Positions 10,744 through 19,481 of a DNA stretch of 64,000 nt are shown piece by piece. A model generated the notes under the pieces. That model worked only from the letters and a program-made list of their open reading frames with translations, was not told the origin of the DNA and did no database searches. The stretch's first letter is position 1, and every line of letters begins with the position of its first letter. The position numbers were made by a program, and so were the translations under genes. Source of the stretch: an uncultured bacterium (GTDB taxonomy: Bacteria > Patescibacteriota > Minisyncoccia > Phycocordibacterales > CAIRYW01); contig CAVYBO010000002.1 in the NCBI GenBank assembly GCA_963766885.1, forward strand, positions 365,521 to 429,520, read 5' to 3'.

Positions 10744-11432
10744 TTAAAACTCCTGGACCATAGGTATATCGCTTACAAAATTCTCAACCTTTTTGGTTAC
10801 CGTTTTTGTATTACCATGCTTTAAAAGCCCAATGTAATATTGCACCGTCTCGGGCTTCCCTGCTTTGTTTTTGATATTTCTAAACATTCTTTTTTTGGTG
10901 ACTGTTCTAATAATCCTGTTGTCCGGAAAATGCACCCACCCCAGAAAATCAATACCACTTCTGGATGAACATCTAACGACTCGTCAATTTTAATGCCGAT
11001 TTGTTTTGCCATTTCTTTAGTAAATTTTTTACCAATCTCGCTATGAAAATAGCCGAGCGTACGACAAATATCAATTCTTTCTGTTTCCGAAAGAGATTCC
11101 CATACGTCCATCATCATATCGCCCTCAATATATTCATACCCATACATTTTTGGTTTTTCGGAAACAAAAATTACACGAGGTATAGGAACAGAAAGACCTA
11201 TTTTATACAGTTGTTGAATAACGACAGCTTCTATCGCCAAATCATTTTGTTCTTGCAACTCTTTGTCGTTTCCTTGTTCTTTGACAATATACTTACTCTT
11301 GTCAGAAGTTTCTATATAATAAGCATTGTTACAATAGCCTTTGCCTTTTAATACAAACTTTGTAATTGCTTTACGTAAAAGTTCTTGAATTTTAACTTTG
11401 AGTTCATCTTCAGTGGCTGAATTATTTTCCAT
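10744..11432 (-). pseudogene. aminoglycoside/choline-kinase-like phosphotransferase, frameshifted
   Basis: It has a kinase N-lobe (KGKGYCNNAYYIETSDKSKYIVKE) and a Brenner-like DVHPEVVLI motif. The reading frame breaks near 10935-10960 and continues as IDFLGWVHFPDN in another frame (ORFs 10821-11432 and 10744-10935). Confidence 0.4.
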
Positions 11433-11444
11433 ACTAAAAATAGT

Positions 11445-11570
11445 ATCAGGTTAGAACTGAAAAGTCTAAGGGAAATAAGGATTTATTGAAGAAATCTACT
11501 GATGGGCGACGTAGTAGAGGATGTTAGAACTGTTTTTGAGAGGTTGAATGATATGAGTATTTATATTCCT
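11445..11570. repeat. ~125-nt repeat, copy 1, abutting the start codon of the phosphotransferase pseudogene
   Basis: It shares two identical blocks with 13113-13245: tatcaggttagaactga (17 nt) and tgatgggcgacgtagtagaggatgttagaactgtttttgagagg (44 nt). Confidence 0.85.
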
Positions 11571-12112
11571 AACTTGTCAGCCATCAAAATATCGTAACCA
11601 ACCATAACCCTGTCTTCCTTTTTGATTCCAAATTTTTCTAGAAACGAGAAGAGTTCATTGAAGACAACTTCATCATCTTCATCAGACATTTTTTCCACTT
11701 CTATGAAATCTCCCAATCCTTCTACTTCATCAATACAGATTTCATAATTATTAAAATTTGCTTTTCTTCTTTTCTTGTTTAGCTCCATAGCTTTTTTATA
11801 ACCCATAAGTTCAATCATTTCAGAGGTAATTTTTGCATCACTAACCACAACTTCTTTTTCCAATTTTGATAGATTATTTTTCATTGAACCTTGTGGCTTT
11901 TTTACGGTAAAAAGAACTTTATCTTTCGTAACTCTAATCCTTGCAAACACAGCTCCATCTGGATAATCGGCATATTTTTCAGAATAGTTTATGAAGACAG
12001 AATCATTTTGTATGACTTCAATACCAAAAGGAATCCCCTCTTTTTCAAAGGTTTTAATGAGATTTTCCTTATCTTGAATTTTTGCTTTTACCTCTATTTC
12101 TTTTATTGGCAT
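11561..12112 (-). CDS. CYTH-domain protein (class IV adenylate cyclase / triphosphate tunnel metalloenzyme family)
   Basis: It has the N-terminal EIEVKAKI signature (ExExK), downstream R/K residues, and the expected ~180-aa size. Confidence 0.65.
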   Translation of the reverse strand: MPIKEIEVKAKIQDKENLIKTFEKEGIPFGIEVIQNDSVFINYSEKYADYPDGAVFARIRVTKDKVLFTVKKPQGSMKNNLSKLEKEVVVSDAKITSEMIELMGYKKAMELNKKRRKANFNNYEICIDEVEGLGDFIEVEKMSDEDDEVVFNELFSFLEKFGIKKEDRVMVGYDILMADKLGI

Positions 12113-12121
12113 AATAAATTT

Positions 12122-12667
12122 TTATTTTTTAATATCAACTAAAATAAATTTAACAACTTCTTCTGAAGAAAATTCTGTGGTATCAAATACTTTTCCTAGG
12201 TCATACCTGTTTTCTTTCCAAGTTTTCAGGTTATTTTCAATTCTTTCTTTTGTTAGGGGTATTTTTCCTGGAGTGTCTGGCCTGACGTGTGCCCTTTCCC
12301 TTAATACTTCTATTGGGGCTTCTAACTGATAGAAATGTAAATCTGTTCTAAATTCATTAGCTAGGTTTATATATGGCTCAACATATTCTTTTTTCCAGAA
12401 TCCCTGTTCTATTAGTACATTGCAACCCTGTTCAAGAAATGTTTTTGCCATTGAAAGCATTACTTTACTTATAAGACCATTATCTTCATTATTTCTCTCA
12501 AAATCAGAAAGAAACCATTTGATTTTATCCATACTGAGTAAAGCTGTTCTCGGAAGTTTTGGATGAAGTATAGAAGCGATTGTAGTTTTACCAGCACCCA
12601 TTGGTCCTTCTAGAATTATTACAAATTGCTTTTTCATATTAGCGGTTTTATATTTTCTCTTATCCAA
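12122..12667 (-). CDS. P-loop kinase (AAA_33 / zeta-toxin / chloramphenicol-phosphotransferase-like)
   Basis: It has a Walker A motif (GPMGAGKTT), is about 180 aa, and has a small lid region. Confidence 0.6.
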   Translation of the reverse strand: MDKRKYKTANMKKQFVIILEGPMGAGKTTIASILHPKLPRTALLSMDKIKWFLSDFERNNEDNGLISKVMLSMAKTFLEQGCNVLIEQGFWKKEYVEPYINLANEFRTDLHFYQLEAPIEVLRERAHVRPDTPGKIPLTKERIENNLKTWKENRYDLGKVFDTTEFSSEEVVKFILVDIKK

Positions 12668-13104
12668 GCACCTTTCTTTTCCTTGTATTCTTCGCGACTC
12701 AAGCCAGAAAGACCTCTTTTAAATTCTTCGTATCTTTTTCTTAATTCTTCATTTCCACGAAGCACTTCAATAATTCCCCTATGCTTATCTATATTATTAT
12801 TTTCTGGAGACATTATTTGAACGGCTACCTCAACATTTTCTACCATTATTTTTAAGAAAGAAGTTTCATCCACTACAGGACCTTGTCTGTATCCGTGTTG
12901 CACAAGAATTTGAGAATCTTCTTCAATATGTTCACTTATGACCATTATGTCTAGTTCAGGTCTACCAGTCATAGGTACAGCCATAGCTCCAACAGCTTCA
13001 ACGTGTGAATCTGGAAGTAGAGCTTTTATTTCTTCTAATTTTTCTTGCTGTATGCGAAAAATTTCTTCAGATGGTTCTACTATCGTTTCAATTCTATTTT
13101 TCAT
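12634..13104 (-). CDS. GrpB (UPF0157) family nucleotidyltransferase-fold protein
   Basis: VEAVGAMAVPMTGRPELDIMV matches the GrpB core (HIGSTAVPGLAAKPIIDI). Confidence 0.6.
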   Translation of the reverse strand: MKNRIETIVEPSEEIFRIQQEKLEEIKALLPDSHVEAVGAMAVPMTGRPELDIMVISEHIEEDSQILVQHGYRQGPVVDETSFLKIMVENVEVAVQIMSPENNNIDKHRGIIEVLRGNEELRKRYEEFKRGLSGLSREEYKEKKGAWIRENIKPLI

Positions 13105-13112
13105 ACCAAAAG

Positions 13113-13245
13113 TATATCAGGTTAGAACTGATTTTACAGCCTAAATAAAGGGTATTATTTATGAAATTCTTTGATGGGCGACGTAGTAGAGGATGTTAGA
13201 ACTGTTTTTGAGAGGAGGAATGATGCGACAATCTATATTCCGACA
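13113..13245. repeat. ~125-nt repeat, copy 2, abutting the start codon of the GrpB gene
   Basis: See copy 1. The two copies are direct repeats flanking the CYTH / kinase / GrpB trio. Confidence 0.85.
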
Positions 13246-13305
13246 TTTTACCCTATACCTGAACTCACTAAATATTAGATATTAGAACCAATTTAAATAA
13301 TTAGA

Positions 13306-14865
13306 CTAACAGGAATACTTACATTGAGTAGGTGTTAAAACTGAAAGATAAAGCAAATTATTAATTGATACCCCATCATTACTTACTCCAACGCTTACAT
13401 TTCCGTAGCCATAGGAAGCCCCTAGATTAGAAACAGTAAAAGTTAAAGTGGTGCCATTACTAGACACTGATGTCGGTGTAATTTTTTGTCCAGTAAGACC
13501 ATTGATATATATCGCTGTTGAACCATTAAACCCAGAGCCGGTTATTGTAATGTTTGTTGACCCATTGAATGGAACCGTCGTTGTTGATAATGAATATATT
13601 GGAGGATTTGTTGAACTTTGATTTTGTCCTGGGTTGCTAATAGTAAAGTAATTATCACTGTAATCAAAAGGTCCTTCAGCCATCATACTTTGTGGAGGAT
13701 AACCCTCTATTAAAAATTTAAACTGATTTTGATTATCAACGTTTTTTAATGTATATGGACCTCCTGAATAGTTTTGAATATAAGCACTTAGCGATACATT
13801 TGGAATATTCCAGGTGTAGCTTCCAGTATTGTTTGTAGTCACACTTTGGTCAGGTATTACTGCTTGATCCTCATTACCAGCAACTAAGGTAATTCTGACT
13901 TGTGAATAAGCGGAGTTAAAAGCTGGAGATGCATTCCAAGTTATATTGTAAGTATTTCCTTTAATTAAGTTCTCGCCTCCATTAGGTGAAGTAATTGTAA
14001 TAGATGGGGTTTGATTTTGTGTTGAACCAGAAACTGTAAAAGGATACTGATTACTCTTTAATCCATAAATATTTTCAACCTCAACATTGTATTGTCCTGG
14101 GAGTGTGCTGTTTGGAACTGAAAATGAAAACTGGGTATCGCTTGTGGGTTCCCCAGAAGGATTATTTGTTGAAACGTCTGTAATAACAGCACCAGTAGAA
14201 GCATTTAACAAATGTATTTCAATTCCACCATTAACAGAAAATCCTGTTCCATAAACCGTTATAGAACTTCCCATACCAAACTTTGTGCTGTCAACATAGG
14301 CAGTATTTGGAGAGATTGAAGTTATCGTAGGTGCTACTGATGTAGGTGTTCCAGAAATTATTGAGAAAATGCCGCTTTGAGCGCCTACCTCTCCACCTGG
14401 ACTCAATGCTCCGCAATTTCCAACAGCAACAGAATAAGAACCACTTGGTATACTTGAATCAACTATCCAAGAATAATTACCACTGTTAGAAATAGCGTTT
14501 GCTATTGTTTTAACTGAAGTATTATTTGAAAGTAGATTGATTGAGATATTTGGACAAAGTAAATTAGAAGATGTCCATGTAATGTTGTATGTCTGGCCTG
14601 CTGTTAATTGACTTCCTGCAGTTGGACTAATAACAGTAATGGAAGGTTGGGTTGAAGTTGTTGTGGTTGTCGTCTGAGTTGAACCTTGCTGTCCCAACAA
14701 AGTCTGCAACTCCGCTTCAAGTTGTTGGAGAAGTTGAGTTATAAGCTGAATAATTTCTTGTTTAGTAGAAGCTGCAGTAGAAGCACTTACACTTTGAGCA
14801 AATACTGGAGAGATGACAACAAGAGAAAGCAAACCGACACCGAGAAGAGAAATATATTTTTTCAT
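13306..14865 (-). CDS. secreted Ser/Thr-rich surface protein, paralog of 8968-9882
   Basis: It has the same signal peptide and QQLEAELQTLL module. It has a long S/T/N-rich C-terminal region ending in CKYSC. Confidence 0.6.
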   Translation of the reverse strand: MKKYISLLGVGLLSLVVISPVFAQSVSASTAASTKQEIIQLITQLLQQLEAELQTLLGQQGSTQTTTTTTSTQPSITVISPTAGSQLTAGQTYNITWTSSNLLCPNISINLLSNNTSVKTIANAISNSGNYSWIVDSSIPSGSYSVAVGNCGALSPGGEVGAQSGIFSIISGTPTSVAPTITSISPNTAYVDSTKFGMGSSITVYGTGFSVNGGIEIHLLNASTGAVITDVSTNNPSGEPTSDTQFSFSVPNSTLPGQYNVEVENIYGLKSNQYPFTVSGSTQNQTPSITITSPNGGENLIKGNTYNITWNASPAFNSAYSQVRITLVAGNEDQAVIPDQSVTTNNTGSYTWNIPNVSLSAYIQNYSGGPYTLKNVDNQNQFKFLIEGYPPQSMMAEGPFDYSDNYFTISNPGQNQSSTNPPIYSLSTTTVPFNGSTNITITGSGFNGSTAIYINGLTGQKITPTSVSSNGTTLTFTVSNLGASYGYGNVSVGVSNDGVSINNLLYLSVLTPTQCKYSC

Positions 14866-14945
14866 TTATTTAATTTAATACCCGACTGATAATAGGTGTA
14901 TTATACCCCCCCGTTGTTATAAACAATAACAACAAAAACCGATGC

Positions 14946-14961
14946 GCGAGTGGCGGGAATC
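14946..14961. repeat. 16-nt duplicate of the tRNA-Asp 3' end (att-like scar)
   Basis: tgcgcgagtggcggga is identical to 15117-15132. Confidence 0.8.
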
Positions 14962-15118
14962 TTTCCCTCGACTAAAATTTTCTCGTCAGAAAATTTTGTC
15001 TGGGCACCGACTCGCGGTTTTGGCTACTGCCCAAACATCGCTCCGCCGTTCAAGTACCTAAAAAAGCTCCGCTTTTTTCACTCGTGCAAACCAAAAGCCC
15101 CTTTCGGGGCTTTGTCTG

Positions 15119-15192
15119 CGCGAGTGGCGGGACTTGAACCCGTAACCTCTGCCGTGACAGGGCAGCGCTCTAACCAGTTGAGCTACACCCGC
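15119..15192 (-). tRNA. tRNA-Asp (GTC)
   Basis: It folds as a cloverleaf with a 7-bp acceptor stem, anticodon loop CTGTCAC and T-loop TTCAAGT. Confidence 0.9.
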
Positions 15193-15271
15193 AATTTTGC
15201 AATTGCGTTTGATGATAATAGCAAAAATTTGAGAAAAATGAAGCTTTATCCAAAATCAAGCAAAAAAAATC

Positions 15272-15291
15272 GAGAGCATGTGCTCTCTTTT
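15272..15291 (-). terminator. intrinsic terminator
   Basis: A palindrome (gagagcatgtgctctc) followed by a T-run on the minus strand, just 3' of ORF 15296-15580. Confidence 0.6.
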
Positions 15292-15295
15292 GAAA

Positions 15296-15580
15296 TCAAT
15301 TCGTGGAATGGCCAGATAGCGCCAAAACAAACAATCCGATCACCATACCCAGCACAAGGATGATGACCAACACAACCGCGGCCCATTGCATTAGGGAAAA
15401 CCCGCAGAGATCTTCCTTCTTTTGACGTATGGACGAATCAGTTATGAATATGAAAGGTTTGTAATCATTACCGTCCTTCACAATGGGGTGATCATCGTGC
15501 GGGCATTTTCTCGCTGTTTCGGAAATATCAATCTTTCCCGTATCAATGCGGCTCCCTCTATTGCTAAATATTCTGTTCAT
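15296..15580 (-). CDS. small membrane protein, hypothetical
   Basis: It is 94 aa with a C-terminal transmembrane helix and its own terminator. Confidence 0.4.
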   Translation of the reverse strand: MNRIFSNRGSRIDTGKIDISETARKCPHDDHPIVKDGNDYKPFIFITDSSIRQKKEDLCGFSLMQWAAVVLVIILVLGMVIGLFVLALSGHSTN

Positions 15581-16046
15581 AAAAAACTCTTTACTTTAGA
15601 ATCTATAACCAGACGACGTCTTTGTCAACAAAAAATTACTTTATGTCCCACTCTAGTCTCAAAATTTATAGAACAAGACCCCATAAGGATTCTTGGGAGA
15701 TTTTTAGTATTTCAAACTGAAGGGTCTCGGTCTGGGGTTATTTTACAAAATTTGGAACAAAATGGAACACGCCATTGGCACTTAGAAGAAGTGATATGTA
15801 CCGCATGAAAGAGCAGATCAAAGCCGAGATGGAACGGCACAAGAAATTTGAGTCAAGTTTGCTTGGAGTGAAGAGCAAAGCGATAAAGGTGGCTAATATT
15901 GATATCCGAAATTATGCCAAGTACATACTGCGTGACGGATCAGCGTTTGAGAAACGACAACTGCTGTCGTGTTTGAGAAGTAGGATACAGATGAGTAATG
16001 GACGGATTCAAATGGAGTGATTAGTTTAGCGAACAATTAACAATTT

Positions 16047-17648
16047 TTATGCGTAGTTAATCGTTGGCTCACTATACTTACTTGGAGGTGAAAATCTGTT
16101 AAATTTTTCAACCGCCTGATCAAGTTCTCTTTTTATTACTTTATATCTATCGTAAAGCTCTTGATCATCTGGAGATAATTTTTCTTCTTCCTTTTCTTCC
16201 TCAAGAAGAAGTCTCATTTTCTCTATAAGATCTGCCACGGTCATTGTTCCAGCAATTTGAGAATGGTCTAAGTTTAAGGAATCCAAATCTGCTGCTTTGC
16301 CCAATTTCTTATAGATAAGATCTTTGGTTGACTCATCTCGTTTGTATCGCTCCTCTGCTTCTTTTTCTCCTCTTCTCAACTCATCGTGTTTTTCTCTAAT
16401 TTGAACGGTCAGAGCATCCACAGCTTCCTTAATTTCTTGAGCCTTTTTCTTTTTATTGAAAAACCCAGGCTCTTCTGAGAGTTTTTGTCTCCTCGCTTCT
16501 TCAAGTGCTGGGATTTCTTCCTCCTTTATCTTACGATTGGATTCATATATATTTTTTCTCTCTTCTTCAAGTTTTGGAATACTAATACTTAAATATTCCC
16601 CCTTACCACTTTTGGAAACATCAACCTTTATCTCAAGCTTAGCGTGAGCGTTATGATAAACCTGTGCAGAAATAATGTCGTGCTTTGCTTCCTCTCTGAG
16701 CTTTTTTCTTGCAGAAATAGCTTCCTCTGTCCTTTCTATTTCAGATATCTGTGGATTTGCATTTCTAAAATGCATTACTTTCAATGAAGACCAGTCCGCA
16801 TCAACTACTAAAGGTAAAGCTGTAAGTTGGCTATTGAGTTCTTTAGTATCTCTTCTCCAATGCCCCGGCGGGATGGTTGTTCCTTGTTCTTGTTCCAATT
16901 TTTGTTTTGTTATAATCCTTGTTCCTTGTTCCAATATTGCACTCTTTACAAAACTTTCATCACCAAAACGTTCAGCGTCATTGACATCTATTGGCTTAAC
17001 AGTAGATGGTCTGGGAGGATAAGCTACGTTATAGCGTACCGAAGCAGGATCAAATTTTTCTTCAATTCTTTTTTTAGTTTTTTCTTTATCTGCTGCTATA
17101 GCTTCAGGAGTTTGGCTAGTCAGTCTATCAATTTCTGATTGGAGCACCTCAACCCGTTTTTGAACTACAGCTACAAAATAGTCCAATTCGCTTTGGGAGT
17201 CTTCTTTACTAATCTCAGCTTCTTCATTTATGGTTTCAACTTCTTTTCTGGCTTTTCTTTTTGTTTCTTTTAGAGTGGCAACTTTTTCATGAGTTGCTAC
17301 TTTTGTTTGCTTATATTCAGCTATTTCTTTTTCATCAGAAAAATCCTCTGAAGAAAGAAAATCTTTCGGCTCATTTATACCCAAAGCCTGCAAGGTAGGA
17401 GCATACTTTACATGGAGTTCTTGAAAGAGTGCTCGTTTTTTTCTCTGATCAGCCACCGATTCTGACATAGATGCTTTTTGAGATTTCAAATCTCCAAGCA
17501 ATGCACCCAATCTTTCTTTTTCTAAAGTTAAGCTGCTTATCTGTTCCCGAAGTTTCCCCTCTGCTTCTCTTTCTTCTTTTTCCCTCTCCCTTTTCTGATC
17601 TTCTTCAAGAGCATGTCGCTTTCTTCTTAATGCATCCTCTAAAGCCAT
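16047..17648 (-). CDS. coiled-coil protein, E/K-rich, hypothetical
   Basis: It is 533 aa, highly charged and heptad-like throughout, with no enzymatic motif. Confidence 0.55.
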   Translation of the reverse strand: MALEDALRRKRHALEEDQKREREKEEREAEGKLREQISSLTLEKERLGALLGDLKSQKASMSESVADQRKKRALFQELHVKYAPTLQALGINEPKDFLSSEDFSDEKEIAEYKQTKVATHEKVATLKETKRKARKEVETINEEAEISKEDSQSELDYFVAVVQKRVEVLQSEIDRLTSQTPEAIAADKEKTKKRIEEKFDPASVRYNVAYPPRPSTVKPIDVNDAERFGDESFVKSAILEQGTRIITKQKLEQEQGTTIPPGHWRRDTKELNSQLTALPLVVDADWSSLKVMHFRNANPQISEIERTEEAISARKKLREEAKHDIISAQVYHNAHAKLEIKVDVSKSGKGEYLSISIPKLEEERKNIYESNRKIKEEEIPALEEARRQKLSEEPGFFNKKKKAQEIKEAVDALTVQIREKHDELRRGEKEAEERYKRDESTKDLIYKKLGKAADLDSLNLDHSQIAGTMTVADLIEKMRLLLEEEKEEEKLSPDDQELYDRYKVIKRELDQAVEKFNRFSPPSKYSEPTINYA

Positions 17649-17796
17649 AGTGATTTGATTAAGCTAATATATCTAAAGTATACTTTAGATAAGATAATTT
17701 TTAAAGCGAAAATATAGATAATTTTTTTCGATCCCTAAAAAGGTCGTGCTTGACAACCTCGAAAAAAGCCTGTGTTTAGGCTCTCCGATAGGTCTC

Positions 17797-17830
17797 ACTG
17801 TGTTGTGTTGGAGGTGGGGATCGAACCCAC
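17797..17830 (-). other. orphan tRNA 3' fragment (T-arm plus acceptor 3' strand)
   Basis: The reverse complement reads GTGGGTTCGATCCCCACCTCCAAC, 17 nt beyond the 3' end of tRNA-Met. There is no matching 5' half. Confidence 0.6.
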
Positions 17831-17847
17831 AACTTTCTTATTTTCTG

Positions 17848-17921
17848 TGCCGAAGGTGAGAGTTGAACTCACGACCTGGCGCTTATGAAACGCCCGCTCT
17901 AACCACCTGAGCTACCTCGGC
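17848..17921 (-). tRNA. tRNA-Met/Ile2 (CAT)
   Basis: It folds as a cloverleaf with acceptor GCCGAGG/CCTTCGGC, anticodon loop TTCATAA and T-loop TTCAACT. Confidence 0.85.
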
Positions 17922-18588
17922 AAATTATCGCACTAATTATACCTAAAATTTTATACTGATAATCTGAACTTCTTGATACGCTTAACCTCAACACACCATG
18001 ATAAGAATTGTGATTATCGTAAATCTTTTTACGCGATGTTTTAACATAATAAGTATTTCCAAATGAGCTAGTAGGTAATCCTAGCAAATCAGACCAAAAT
18101 TTCAAAACCAAACCAATCCTATATTTATGGATCTGATTGATTTGAACAACTGGCTTAATCCGCTTTTTTGGTATCAACAAAATTTTAATCAGATATGTAT
18201 AGATAATTTTTATCATTCTGGGATCAGAATTTACAAACATAAATCTGCTTTCCGTCTTAGCACCCTCCGCCCAATAAAGTGCAGCACTCACAAGCTCCAA
18301 CTCTCGTCTTGATATTTTTTTAAATTTATCCATTCCTTCTTTTTTAAAAAAATCAACCCTCTCTTGTTTTTTCTTTCTATTCCTGTCAGCCCCAATGATT
18401 CGTCCTCTATTTCTTCCGTCAATACTATTTTGAATTAAAATTTCTTTTTGCTTTTGAGTCAAAACAACCGAACGAGACCAGAGACTTACGGTACTTTTGG
18501 AAATATTCAAATGTTTTGCAATAGAAGGCATACTCATACCCTTTTGCCTGAGTTTCATAACTTTATTTTTTAATATAAAATTAGACAT
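17899..18588 (-). CDS. HTH-domain protein, possibly a degenerate LAGLIDADG-like homing-endonuclease fold
   Basis: It has an N-terminal HTH (MSMPSIAKHLNISKSTVSLW). The C-terminal half has a LYWAEGAK...FMFVNSDPRMIKIIYTYL pattern reminiscent of LAGLIDADG modules. Its 3' end overlaps tRNA-Met by about 22 nt. Confidence 0.35.
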   Translation of the reverse strand: MSNFILKNKVMKLRQKGMSMPSIAKHLNISKSTVSLWSRSVVLTQKQKEILIQNSIDGRNRGRIIGADRNRKKKQERVDFFKKEGMDKFKKISRRELELVSAALYWAEGAKTESRFMFVNSDPRMIKIIYTYLIKILLIPKKRIKPVVQINQIHKYRIGLVLKFWSDLLGLPTSSFGNTYYVKTSRKKIYDNHNSYHGVLRLSVSRSSDYQYKILGIISAIICRGSSGG

Positions 18589-18769
18589 TGTGCATATATT
18601 ACCATATATTGTAGGTATATTAATCTTGCAATATATAAAGAAATGTGGATAATATTAAGATTCTGAATAGGATTCAGAATTCACAGCGGGGTGGAGGAGC
18701 AGTACCTCGTCAGGCTCATAACCTGAAGGCCCGGGCGCACATCCCGGCCCCGCAACAAGTAAAAGATCG

Positions 18770-19453
18770 CTAGATAAAATAAAACTCCTGAAAAACTTTT
18801 TTGAAGTCGGTAATTGCCTTTTCCGCTTCTTCCTTTGAAAGTCTGAACGCGCTGCCTTCATGAGCAATTTTATTTCTGAGTTTGTGGGCGCTCCAAGCAT
18901 TATCCAAAGTATGAAAATCAGCCTTATCAATCTGTTTTAATTTTTCTGCAATCCCCTCACCCTCGTAGCCCATCTTTGTAAGCATTTCATCTAAAATTAT
19001 ATCAGCGTCAACAATAGCAAGCTTCCAATCGTTTGGTTCAAAAGAATTTATTTTTGATTCTATATCTTGCCATCTTTTATTTGGACCACGATTTACTATC
19101 TGAATCTCATTATGGCGCACATCAGTATTATGAGCATCCGTATCAGCATCTCCGTGTCCGCCGTGACTATACAAAAGTTCAGAAACTTTGACGCTAAAAT
19201 AAATCGCTCCGCCCAAAAACGCAAGTGATATAAAAACAGAAGCAATTTGAACTGAATTGAAAATGGTTTCAAATATGTCCGCAGCGCTTGGAAAATTGGA
19301 AAAATTTATGCCAGCACCATTTAAGAAGTTACCAATAAAGCCGATGCCAGCCAAAAGAAGAAGAACCCAGAAAAGCACTTCAAAGACCGCGTTGTTCCCA
19401 GCACCGGAGCTTTCACTCCCTCCTCCCCCTTCTGATTTTTTCTCTTCTGCCAT
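18770..19453 (-). CDS. membrane-anchored protein with a HEPN-like (Rx4-6H) C-terminal domain
   Basis: It has an N-terminal Gly-rich segment plus two transmembrane helices. The C-terminal AHKLRNKIAHEG fits the HEPN/DUF4145 Rx4HxG motif. Confidence 0.45.
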   Translation of the reverse strand: MAEEKKSEGGGGSESSGAGNNAVFEVLFWVLLLLAGIGFIGNFLNGAGINFSNFPSAADIFETIFNSVQIASVFISLAFLGGAIYFSVKVSELLYSHGGHGDADTDAHNTDVRHNEIQIVNRGPNKRWQDIESKINSFEPNDWKLAIVDADIILDEMLTKMGYEGEGIAEKLKQIDKADFHTLDNAWSAHKLRNKIAHEGSAFRLSKEEAEKAITDFKKVFQEFYFI

Positions 19454-19481
19454 ATTTGAATTTTAACACAATATGAAAGCT

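Noticed and set aside
17797-17830. Calling a complete second tRNA next to tRNA-Met
   Set aside because: Only the T-arm and acceptor 3' strand are present. The expected 5' half position is occupied by the intact tRNA-Met. It is treated as a fragment.
18699-18762. SRP (4.5S) RNA candidate in a GC-rich hairpin region
   Set aside because: It shares GCCGGGAUGU-like and GUCAGG strings with E. coli 4.5S RNA, but the conserved helix-8 GGAA tetraloop / AGCAGCC context is not present in either orientation. It is more likely a terminator.
18655-18930. 91-aa ORF overlapping the 3' end of the HEPN-like gene
   Set aside because: It overlaps a better-supported gene and the GC-rich hairpin, and has no motif.
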